From: a virus | Taxonomy: Duplodnaviria > Heunggongvirae > Uroviricota > Caudoviricetes | Strand: one strand, 5' to 3' | IMG/VR virus record: IMGVR_UViG_3300010344_001272 | Coordinates: 11,046-75,045 of that record | DNA: 64,000 nucleotides | Shown here: piece by piece, positions 56,219 through 64,000 of the stretch | How the letters are laid out: every line of letters begins with the position of its first letter | Numbering within the stretch: position 1 is the first letter of the stretch | Position numbers and translations under genes: made by a program | The notes under the pieces: generated by a model | Database searches by the model: none | What the model was told of the DNA's origin: nothing | The model's input: only the letters and a program-made list of their open reading frames with translations

Positions 56219-56734
56219 TTAAATACATTTAATATTAAATTTTAGTATTAAAACTGGGGCATTTGTTCCTTCAGCAATTAACGAAATATTTCTAATTAGA
56301 TTATTTACATAGATGGTTTTTCCTTCATCTATTAATCGATTTATTTCATTACCAGCTTCGATTAATGATTGGTTTATAGCCATTTCCATAGCATCAATGT
56401 TCCATTCTCGTAGCATTTCAATTTGTTCTCTTGACTCAAAGCAAACTTTAACCTGTTTGTCTTCACATTCTTCTTTGGTAAAAATAATTTTTGATAGATC
56501 TTTTACTTTAGAAAGAAGATATAAACTTCCTGAAACTAATTCCATTTCTCCATCTGTCAACAGCCGATCATAACCATTAGATATTTTCTTAGAAAACTCA
56601 TTCATATAACATGAAATTCTCATAAGATCATAATCATTTAAATTAGGAATGGATTTATTGACTAAATCTTCCCACAATGTGACAGCTTCAGTTTTGTCTT
56701 CCCAAAGTTTTATGATACTATCTCTATTAACCAT
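56219..56734 (-). CDS. hypothetical protein
   Basis: 171-aa ORF. Confidence 0.3.
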   Translation of the reverse strand: MVNRDSIIKLWEDKTEAVTLWEDLVNKSIPNLNDYDLMRISCYMNEFSKKISNGYDRLLTDGEMELVSGSLYLLSKVKDLSKIIFTKEECEDKQVKVCFESREQIEMLREWNIDAMEMAINQSLIEAGNEINRLIDEGKTIYVNNLIRNISLIAEGTNAPVLILKFNIKCI

Positions 56735-57561
56735 TTTTCAAAATTAATCAAATTTTCAATATGTTTGTTCTTTTGTTCCTCTGTAAATACAGGTTCTTCA
56801 TACATTTCTTCCCAAAAACTTTGATTTTCATCAGCTGTTTTAATCCAATCTAACCAATCAGGGTGTTTCATTACATTGATAAAAGCTTTTGGATTCCAAT
56901 CTTGTTCGATTTTTGGATCACCCCAATATATTGGCATTGAACCAACTAAAAAGGCATCCATTAATTTTTCAGTTGAATAATATGGATATGAAGTATTCTC
57001 ATAAGTCATCATGAACTTATGAGGGTGTTTTAAAAAGAATTCATCCTTAGCATCTCTCCAATATTTTCCTTCTGTAGCATTTTTTAATTCGAACGTATTC
57101 ATTCTAACTTTACCATAAGAATGGACCTTTTTATATGATGATATAAGGTCAAAATGATTATTCCTCAACATGTTAGATGGATTAGAAACTGTAAAAGCAC
57201 AAAATCTTTCAAAGTTGTCCAATCGTTTACGTTCAAATAATCGATCTTTAAGTTCTGGTTTCATTAACCAGTATATTTGCCATAAAGGCAAACGAAAGTT
57301 TGTTTTTGAATGAGGATCAAATGAAATAGAATAGTTTGAACCAAATTGATGAGGTCTCCAGTTCTCAGCTAATATCAGAACTTTTTTGCATTTGTATTTC
57401 GGCGTCTCCACCATTCTATTAAAAATAGAATGAAAAAGAACGTCAGGATTGCTTTTAGAAAGAGTAACGCTAAAGTGTCCATTCAATATCGGGGTTATAA
57501 AATCTTCGACATTCCATTCGGGCCAAAAATCTGTAAACCATATTTTTAATTCGGGTTTCAT
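56710..57561 (-). CDS. alpha-1,3-fucosyltransferase (GT10)
   Basis: TYENTSYPYYSTEKLMDAFLVGSMPIYWGDPKIEQDWNPKAFINV aligns with GT10 block ENSQGYGYVTEKIIDAYFSHTIPIYWGSPSVAKDFNPKSFVNV. Confidence 0.7.
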   Translation of the reverse strand: MKPELKIWFTDFWPEWNVEDFITPILNGHFSVTLSKSNPDVLFHSIFNRMVETPKYKCKKVLILAENWRPHQFGSNYSISFDPHSKTNFRLPLWQIYWLMKPELKDRLFERKRLDNFERFCAFTVSNPSNMLRNNHFDLISSYKKVHSYGKVRMNTFELKNATEGKYWRDAKDEFFLKHPHKFMMTYENTSYPYYSTEKLMDAFLVGSMPIYWGDPKIEQDWNPKAFINVMKHPDWLDWIKTADENQSFWEEMYEEPVFTEEQKNKHIENLINFEKWLIEIVS

Positions 57562-57569
57562 TATATATT

Positions 57570-58352
57570 TTATTCGTAATCATTCTCATTTAAACCAAGC
57601 ATAAAAACATTTCCTCCGAGGAATTGTACTTGATCATAGTTTTTGTTTTTACCTCTTATATCCGAACTCAACATTTTAGTTGGAATTACAAGAGGAGGAG
57701 TCGCTATATAAAAATTAAATTTATCATGAGTCATCATATGAAGTGTAATTGTATCAGCTATCATAGGTTGTGTATCGGCAATTTGAATATATCTTTCCAT
57801 TGCTCTTCTGTTCATTCCATATGCTAATATTGACCAGCTTGCAAATCCTTTTGTCCAACGTGGCTTTACTCGAATGTTTTGTGGTTCAAGCTTTGCCATA
57901 TATGAATATAATAAAATTCCATCTGCATCTTCAGGAACACTATCTAAATATTTTTTAATAAGTGTATCAAAATCTTTATGAAAGGCACAATCATCTTCAA
58001 AAATAAACAAACTTTGGACTCCTTCTAATAATGCAGTTTTAATTACGTGATAATGTGATTGCATTGCCCCTAATTCGTTTGGAAATTGAGGATTAAAAAG
58101 AACTTTTCTATTTACAATATTATGTTTTTGGCAATAAGGTTCTAACAATCTTGCTGCATATCCTGGAATAACAGGCCTAAACCATTCTACTTCAATATCA
58201 TGTTTTATGAACTGCGACAGCATATATTTGTACTTGTCATCACGTTCTTTCAAACAAATACATACAACTTTGTTATATTTCTCGTTAATTAGACTCATAT
58301 ATCTTTTATGAAGATGTTCATTGATAGTTTTAACCACATAATTGATATTCAA
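57570..58352 (-). CDS. putative GT25-like glycosyltransferase
   Basis: KVVCICLKERDDKYKYM ... IFEDD. Confidence 0.4.
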   Translation of the reverse strand: MNINYVVKTINEHLHKRYMSLINEKYNKVVCICLKERDDKYKYMLSQFIKHDIEVEWFRPVIPGYAARLLEPYCQKHNIVNRKVLFNPQFPNELGAMQSHYHVIKTALLEGVQSLFIFEDDCAFHKDFDTLIKKYLDSVPEDADGILLYSYMAKLEPQNIRVKPRWTKGFASWSILAYGMNRRAMERYIQIADTQPMIADTITLHMMTHDKFNFYIATPPLVIPTKMLSSDIRGKNKNYDQVQFLGGNVFMLGLNENDYE

Positions 58353-58629
58353 GCCATAAAGTATAATCAGAAGTTAATCTTTCTGGCGAATTTCTTTTTG
58401 TTGGATATGTAGCGTAGCAAGCAGTATCACAATGATAAATGTCCCGAATTTCTCGTATACCTAATTGTTCTTCCATCCAAAGTCCATAAATGGATTTAGG
58501 TGTACCTCTGATAACATGTCTATCTTTAATAATCCAGCCATCCCATGGATGCCATTCATTTTCATCGCACCAAACAGGATATTCTCCTGTTTCCATAATA
58601 AATTTTACTCTAAGATCTATTGGTGTCAT
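58330..58629 (-). CDS. hypothetical small protein
   Basis: 99 aa. Confidence 0.3.
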   Translation of the reverse strand: MTPIDLRVKFIMETGEYPVWCDENEWHPWDGWIIKDRHVIRGTPKSIYGLWMEEQLGIREIRDIYHCDTACYATYPTKRNSPERLTSDYTLWLEYQLCG

Positions 58630-59435
58630 ACGTCTAATATTATTTTTTTAAATTTTGGTTCGTAATCTATTGATTTAATTGTATGATATAAATTTAAACA
58701 CATTTTCTTTTGTAAAGAATAACCAGAATCTGCATATTCAAAAAATGGGTGTTCGGATTTATAATAAAACAAAGTATTGCCGTGGTCAAATCTCTTAGTT
58801 GTTCCAAATATCATTGTATTTTGATTCATACGAGGATCTACAAAAATTGTCATATTTTTAAATTTCCCAAATGGATGAATAAATACAGGATCAACATTAG
58901 TTGTATCTACATTAAATGTACTAAAAGCTACTGGGTAAACTGTATTATGACCTATAAAATTAGCTATTTCGGGTGAAACAATTGCATAAAATAAATCATC
59001 TTGATAATAATTGTAAATTTCTATTTGACATTGTTCTATGATCCCAAGTATATTTTCATAACGATTAACATCTAATTTTTTAGAAGTTAAATGAAATCGA
59101 GTATTAACTTTTAAATATTTTATTGGGGGTTTATAAATGTTATTTTTATAAAATGAAATTCGTTCTGTGATACAATGATTTTCAACAAATTCTTTAAATT
59201 TGTCTTCAAGATTTAATAGAAATTTTTTTGAAGCAATATCTAATGAAGGTTCTGCTTGGCCTTGATTATATGGAATGATCATATCTTCTCTATAATTTTG
59301 TAATGAAATTTCTTGAGTTTCTACTAATGTAGAATATTTGAACACAGGAGCAGGAGCTTGCACCATTTTTACAAAATTATTCAAAGAAGAACTTTTATAG
59401 ATCCAATCAATAAACTTATCTATTTGAGCATCCAT
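58626..59435 (-). CDS. hypothetical protein
   Basis: 269-aa ORF. Confidence 0.35.
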   Translation of the reverse strand: MDAQIDKFIDWIYKSSSLNNFVKMVQAPAPVFKYSTLVETQEISLQNYREDMIIPYNQGQAEPSLDIASKKFLLNLEDKFKEFVENHCITERISFYKNNIYKPPIKYLKVNTRFHLTSKKLDVNRYENILGIIEQCQIEIYNYYQDDLFYAIVSPEIANFIGHNTVYPVAFSTFNVDTTNVDPVFIHPFGKFKNMTIFVDPRMNQNTMIFGTTKRFDHGNTLFYYKSEHPFFEYADSGYSLQKKMCLNLYHTIKSIDYEPKFKKIILDV

Positions 59436-60622
59436 TAGAATAAGGCCTTTGGCTTCAATGATTTAACATCAACAATTTCTATATTATTTATCGTCCTAGT
59501 TTTTTCTGCATTCTCTAAATATAAATCTTCTATTAACTTACAAAATTGTTTGCTTAAATCTTCTTTTGAAATATAAGAATCTTCATACTGAGCCTTTAAA
59601 ACCTCGATCATAAAATCAGGGTCAGCTTTAAGCTGTCTTAATTTTTCAACTAGTTCTTTTTGATTTTTAACATACAAAAAATCTTGTAAGAACTTATCTG
59701 AGAATGCTCTCTTTTGTGGATCATATTCTAAATCCATAAATGAAACTACATTTGCTAAAACTGTTTCATAGATTCTTGGATTTAATTGTCTACCTTCATT
59801 AAATGTATCGCTTATGTTTATAGTAGCAATTGCGCTATTCATTTTCTGAAGATTTTCCTTAAATTGAATTGGACCTTCAAATTTTGGAAGTATTTTACCT
59901 GCAACTAACGAAGGTTTAAAATCTTCAAGTTTCATTTTTCCATAAAATACACCACTTATATCTGATGGAAGATCAAAGTAATATTTGACCATTTTCTTTT
60001 CTCTCTTATTTCTAAAGCTATTTGCTCCATAAATAAGATCAATAGTTTTAGTTCCAATAAAATTTAATCGTTCACTAAAAAATGGATATTTTTCAAATGG
60101 AAAGTAAACAATCTTTTTAGGATTTATTCCTGTCTTTTCAGTTATTTGAAATACTGCTTCAGTATCATAGCACATCGTAATGTAAATAATATCATCACGA
60201 GTTATGTTCATGTTCTTCTCTTCATATTTTTTACTCCAGGGCTTAGCTTTGATGCTCTCCCATACATTCTTTAGTGGAAGTAATGTGTCTATGAATACAT
60301 AGAAGACAGGGCCTTGGAAGTTATTAATCACATGTAGATTCATCAATTGTTCTGGTGTCTCAGCACCTCCATAAAAATTGATGTTTCCGTTAATAACTAT
60401 CAAAGCATCATAATTTCCAGAAATTGAATTATAATGTTTGGTAATATCAAAAATGTTTAATTCAGGTATTGGAAGATCTTTATCAGAAATTTTTGTATAA
60501 CAATCAGCATGATGAAGGCCACCAATACTTAGCATTTTGCTGATTGAAACAGCTTCAAATGATGTAATTCCGTGTCCTTCATTAGCAATTCTTCCACCTA
60601 ATTTTATTACAGCTACTTTCAT
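59435..60622 (-). CDS. hypothetical protein in glycan locus
   Basis: 395-aa ORF. Confidence 0.35.
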   Translation of the reverse strand: MKVAVIKLGGRIANEGHGITSFEAVSISKMLSIGGLHHADCYTKISDKDLPIPELNIFDITKHYNSISGNYDALIVINGNINFYGGAETPEQLMNLHVINNFQGPVFYVFIDTLLPLKNVWESIKAKPWSKKYEEKNMNITRDDIIYITMCYDTEAVFQITEKTGINPKKIVYFPFEKYPFFSERLNFIGTKTIDLIYGANSFRNKREKKMVKYYFDLPSDISGVFYGKMKLEDFKPSLVAGKILPKFEGPIQFKENLQKMNSAIATINISDTFNEGRQLNPRIYETVLANVVSFMDLEYDPQKRAFSDKFLQDFLYVKNQKELVEKLRQLKADPDFMIEVLKAQYEDSYISKEDLSKQFCKLIEDLYLENAEKTRTINNIEIVDVKSLKPKALF

Positions 60623-61071
60623 ATATTAAAATCTTCTATTTTTAATTTAAAAAACTTCATAAAATTTTCATGATTTAGGTGATATTCCATATTGTCAAGC
60701 AAATCGGAAACTTGATCGTAAGCTTCTTTTCCAACAACATTACCACTGTGTAAAAAATAAACTATTGCGCTGCCCTTATAAAGAGTATCACTTATAATTA
60801 ATTCTAATTTCCATTTATCTCCATGCATCCAATATCTTTGGTCAACACAGCGAGTCAAAAATCCAATACCCTTTTTATTTGTAGCTCGTAGAAAAAGCAT
60901 ATAAGGTTTATTTGGACCAATGTCACAAGAACAAGATATTTTAATTCCAGGTAAAGATTTTATGGCTTCTTCTAAATCTCTTTTTGCAGCAAGCCACTTA
61001 CCTTCTTCATCAGTAATTAATTCTCTATCTATTTTTTTAGGAAACTGAATCATTTCAATTGATTTTTCCAA
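60619..61071 (-). CDS. hypothetical protein
   Basis: 150-aa ORF. Confidence 0.3.
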   Translation of the reverse strand: MEKSIEMIQFPKKIDRELITDEEGKWLAAKRDLEEAIKSLPGIKISCSCDIGPNKPYMLFLRATNKKGIGFLTRCVDQRYWMHGDKWKLELIISDTLYKGSAIVYFLHSGNVVGKEAYDQVSDLLDNMEYHLNHENFMKFFKLKIEDFNI

Positions 61072-61736
61072 GAGTTAAATTTATTCTCGTCATATCCTCT
61101 AGCTAAAAAACCAGGATGCCATATAGAATGAAAATTTAATTTCATATGAAACTTTTGAAACACTGGATGATTAAGTAAATACTCTTTAAATAGTGGGTAT
61201 TCTTCGTAATTACCCATAAAAACAAGGTTCATTTCAGATATACCGTATACTATTTTATATATGTAGAAGATAACTATAAGTTCTTTGAAAATGAAATTAA
61301 AATCCTTATTAAAAGGTTTGTTTGGTTCATTATAAATATTCGTAAAATAAGGGTATATGTTTAAGGAAATTAAAAGCTTATGTAATAATACACTGCTAGG
61401 ACCAAACAGCCATGCAGTGTCTGCTTTACTTAAATGTGCATATACGTGACCAGGACGAATTCCAATAAAAATATAGTTATTGCTTTTTGAAAGATTTCCT
61501 CTTGAAGGAGTGTAGATATTATTGTCTACAAAGTCTTTGTAAATTTTTAGATAGTTTGTTTGGGCTTCTAAATTCGAAAAAACAAAACCAGGAAATCTTA
61601 AATAACGAATATCACTTGTATCTGAAAGAAAAAATGAATGTTTTTGTTGTGCAATTATTTCCCATTCATTATCTTGTATCTCTGTTAAATTTTGTGAAGA
61701 AGCAAAATGAACATTATTTACCTCGATTCGTACCAT
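61050..61736 (-). CDS. hypothetical protein
   Basis: 228-aa ORF. Confidence 0.35.
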   Translation of the reverse strand: MVRIEVNNVHFASSQNLTEIQDNEWEIIAQQKHSFFLSDTSDIRYLRFPGFVFSNLEAQTNYLKIYKDFVDNNIYTPSRGNLSKSNNYIFIGIRPGHVYAHLSKADTAWLFGPSSVLLHKLLISLNIYPYFTNIYNEPNKPFNKDFNFIFKELIVIFYIYKIVYGISEMNLVFMGNYEEYPLFKEYLLNHPVFQKFHMKLNFHSIWHPGFLARGYDENKFNSWKNQLK

Positions 61737-61945
61737 TTATAATTGTGTTTTTCAAATTCTTCTTGTGTTACTAAGCCAAAAGTATCTAATTGATCTAAAA
61801 TATCTTTTTCTCTATCTCTGCAAGCTGCTGCGCGTTCAAAATGTTGTTCATTAATGGCTTGTATTTTTTTCTCCATTATATCTTCAAGAGCTAATCGTAG
61901 CTCTTGAATTTTTTCCCAAGTTTCTATATGTTGTTTTGAATCCAT
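61718..61945 (-). CDS. hypothetical small protein
   Basis: 75 aa. Confidence 0.3.
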   Translation of the reverse strand: MDSKQHIETWEKIQELRLALEDIMEKKIQAINEQHFERAAACRDREKDILDQLDTFGLVTQEEFEKHNYKWYESR

Positions 61946-62295
61946 TAAAAACCTAAACGATGGATAAATCTTTGAAATGGATTACGCATATCATGTTCAA
62001 TCATTTCTTCAGTTATTACAGCATGCACCGGCATTGTTTGCCAGTCATCAGGCTGAGGATTTGGTACTGCTTGTACTCCTTGAATACCTTGTATTGCGTG
62101 TTGAAATCCCCCTACATTAATCATAGCAGTTGCTCCTCCGCCAACCCAAGTTGTAGCTGATGATCCTCCACCAACATAAGAGCGACCCATAGAAATGGTT
62201 CGCTTACTTAAGCTAATTCGAAAATTTTGCTGAATATATTGAATATCAAATCTGATCTTTTCTGGCTTCAATCCAGAATCCGCCATAGTAGCCAT
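61945..62295 (-). CDS. hypothetical Gly-rich protein
   Basis: 116 aa. Confidence 0.3.
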   Translation of the reverse strand: MATMADSGLKPEKIRFDIQYIQQNFRISLSKRTISMGRSYVGGGSSATTWVGGGATAMINVGGFQHAIQGIQGVQAVPNPQPDDWQTMPVHAVITEEMIEHDMRNPFQRFIHRLGF

Positions 62296-62671
62296 TGTGT
62301 TCGTTGTGATTTGACATTGTAAAAATTCCCTTGTCGGTTTTTACATCCAGAAATTGTACTTCGTGGACTTCACCCCATTCATCCTCCATATCTGGAGCAT
62401 CTTTTATTTCAAAATCTTCAAGAATTGCTCCACAATATTCATTAAGATCATCATCAGTTCTCATGTAACGATGTTCACAGCAGCTTTGTCCGCCATCCCA
62501 CATTACTAATTGAGTTCCATCTTCTAGGTTAAATCGAAGTTTGTCATTTTCTTCATCAAGCCAAACTTTTTCAATTCGTTTACCTACTGATTCCTTTATA
62601 GAATTTACGGTTTCTTCGTTTCCACCCATCATACAAAGCATGACTCCCATTCCTAATCTGTCTGATTTCAT
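62246..62671 (-). CDS. hypothetical protein
   Basis: 141 aa. Confidence 0.3.
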   Translation of the reverse strand: MKSDRLGMGVMLCMMGGNEETVNSIKESVGKRIEKVWLDEENDKLRFNLEDGTQLVMWDGGQSCCEHRYMRTDDDLNEYCGAILEDFEIKDAPDMEDEWGEVHEVQFLDVKTDKGIFTMSNHNEHNGYYGGFWIEARKDQI

Positions 62672-63033
62672 TTTAATTTGTCTTTAGCGTTAATATCTAT
62701 ATCGTAATAATTACAAGTTATTTCTTCTCCTTTTTTAATATCTCTTAGAGCAATCATTCTGCCATCATTAAGAGGACCTGTATTTGGATCGTCAGAATGA
62801 TTTGTGTATTTGTCATTATCTAATGAAACTATCCACTGTTCTGTTTGTTTATCTCGAAATGAATATTTTTTTAAATATTTTTTATCAATTCCTGCTAATT
62901 TCAATCCATCTAAAACTATATCAAATCCTCTAAAAAATTCCCAAGTTATTGTTCCTTTAGGAATATCTTCATCAGCAAACAAACCTTCTCCATTTATAGA
63001 ACTATCTTTAACTATAGTTTTAACTTTTAACAT
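62668..63033 (-). CDS. SET-domain protein lysine methyltransferase-like
   Basis: NHSDDPN and GEEITCNYY match NHSCDPN and ELTxDY SET motifs; N-terminal GEGLFA. Confidence 0.55.
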   Translation of the reverse strand: MLKVKTIVKDSSINGEGLFADEDIPKGTITWEFFRGFDIVLDGLKLAGIDKKYLKKYSFRDKQTEQWIVSLDNDKYTNHSDDPNTGPLNDGRMIALRDIKKGEEITCNYYDIDINAKDKLK

Positions 63034-63401
63034 TATCTTTCCACTTCTTTAAAGATGAAAGGAACTGTACCAAGTATTTCTTCAAAATCTTTTCCAACAT
63101 CAATCATATCTTGATCTTTTAATTCATGACACCAAGTAACTGTTGTAGGAAAATTTTTGAATTTATACATCATAGCCATTAATTCTTTAGCTGTTGCAGT
63201 ATTAAAATATTCAAGATTAATTGTAACATCTAAATTTTTACTAGGTGTTTCTCCATAAATATCTAATTGTTTTTGAAGCTCTTTAAAAAATTGTTTAGCA
63301 TCTTCAGGAACACAACGGCCTTCTATATCAAGAATTCCTTTATCCCCATCAAAAAATACGTATGGAGTTCTATCTTCAGCAGAATATCTTATGACTTCCA
63401 T
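63033..63401 (-). CDS. hypothetical protein
   Basis: 122 aa. Confidence 0.3.
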   Translation of the reverse strand: MEVIRYSAEDRTPYVFFDGDKGILDIEGRCVPEDAKQFFKELQKQLDIYGETPSKNLDVTINLEYFNTATAKELMAMMYKFKNFPTTVTWCHELKDQDMIDVGKDFEEILGTVPFIFKEVER

Positions 63402-63415
63402 AATTTTTAATTATT

Positions 63416-64000
63416 TTATTTCCAGAATGAATACATTCCTTTTTCTACTTCATAAGGAATTGTTTTCACGGTCCTTTCAGGTTGCATCATTCCCCATGTA
63501 AACATATCGTGCATAACCTTTTCAAGATCAGTTCCATCAACAAAGCTTAAAAGTTTTTTAGCCTTGGAATGATCACAAAAAGCATCTTTCACTTCATGCC
63601 TTGGTTCAAGATGTTTTATTTCACTTTTAAATCCATGCTTTTGAGCAACACCATTTAATAAATTAGCTGCATCTATGATGTGATATTCTTTATCAGCACC
63701 AATATTAAATGTTTCACCATTATATTCTTCCATTAATCTAGTAAATGGTTCCATATAAAATGAAATATCAGAAAATGCTCTCTTTTGTAAACCATCACCA
63801 AAAATGGTGATAGGCTGTTTATTTAAAATTTGTCTAATCCAAATTCCTATAACGTTTCTATAACGATCCCAAATATTTTGGTACATACCTACAACGTTAT
63901 GAGGTCTTACAATTGTAAAGTTTAATCCAAACTGATTGTTTGCTTGTTTAATATCTTGTTCAACAGTAAACTTAGCGATTCCATAAGGATCAATAGGTGA
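63416..64000 (-). CDS. NAD-dependent sugar-nucleotide epimerase/dehydratase, N-terminus beyond window
   Basis: frame stays open upstream of the ORF-track Met; SPIDPYGIAK (YxxxK catalytic motif) and IFGDGLQKRAFSDISF; partial. Confidence 0.55.
   Translation of the reverse strand, partial: SPIDPYGIAKFTVEQDIKQANNQFGLNFTIVRPHNVVGMYQNIWDRYRNVIGIWIRQILNKQPITIFGDGLQKRAFSDISFYMEPFTRLMEEYNGETFNIGADKEYHIIDAANLLNGVAQKHGFKSEIKHLEPRHEVKDAFCDHSKAKKLLSFVDGTDLEKVMHDMFTWGMMQPERTVKTIPYEVEKGMYSFWK

Overview
AT-rich (about 30% GC) window from what looks like a large T4-like tailed phage of a Bacteroidetes-type host. The host assignment rests on the LFSC/LTSC lipoprotein signals, SprB repeats and TAnnTTTG-like -7 boxes. 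Coordinates of hand-folded RNA features may be off by 1-2 nt. The first 41 kb (plus strand) carries eight tRNA clusters with about 27 tRNA or tRNA-like genes, including 4 Ser, 4 Arg, His, Trp, Met, Asp, Asn, Ala, Val, Thr, Gly and Lys, plus several non-canonical ones. These clusters are interspersed with GIY-YIG and zinc-ribbon/PD-(D/E)xK-like homing endonucleases, an Rnl2-like RNA ligase and an HD phosphohydrolase. Auxiliary translation and metabolism genes are present: ribosomal protein bS21, a GGQ-type ArfB-like peptidyl-tRNA hydrolase, peptide deformylase, NMN adenylyltransferase and guanylate kinase. Other plus-strand genes are an M23 peptidase, many small lipoproteins, a LemA plus large membrane protein pair, a tandem family of paralogs sharing an N-terminal IDVITNSSTE(L/I)F motif, a frameshifted SPFH gene, a radical SAM enzyme, a patatin phospholipase, and a morphogenesis block with a T4 gp21-like prohead protease fused to a repeat-rich scaffold followed by a gp23-like major capsid protein. 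From 40.9 kb to the window end the minus strand is one co-directional glycan biosynthesis and modification locus of about 23 kb. It encodes UDP-galactopyranose mutase, a GT10 fucosyltransferase, GT25, GT2, GT4, GT32 and GT31-like transferases, four SAM methyltransferases, sugar-nucleotide epimerase/reductases and a SET-domain protein. Unexplained elements are a GC-rich ORF-free island that is probably an ncRNA (22.96-23.15 kb), a conserved 30-nt motif at tRNA junctions, tRNA-like genes with insertions, and a capsid-protein mini-fragment.
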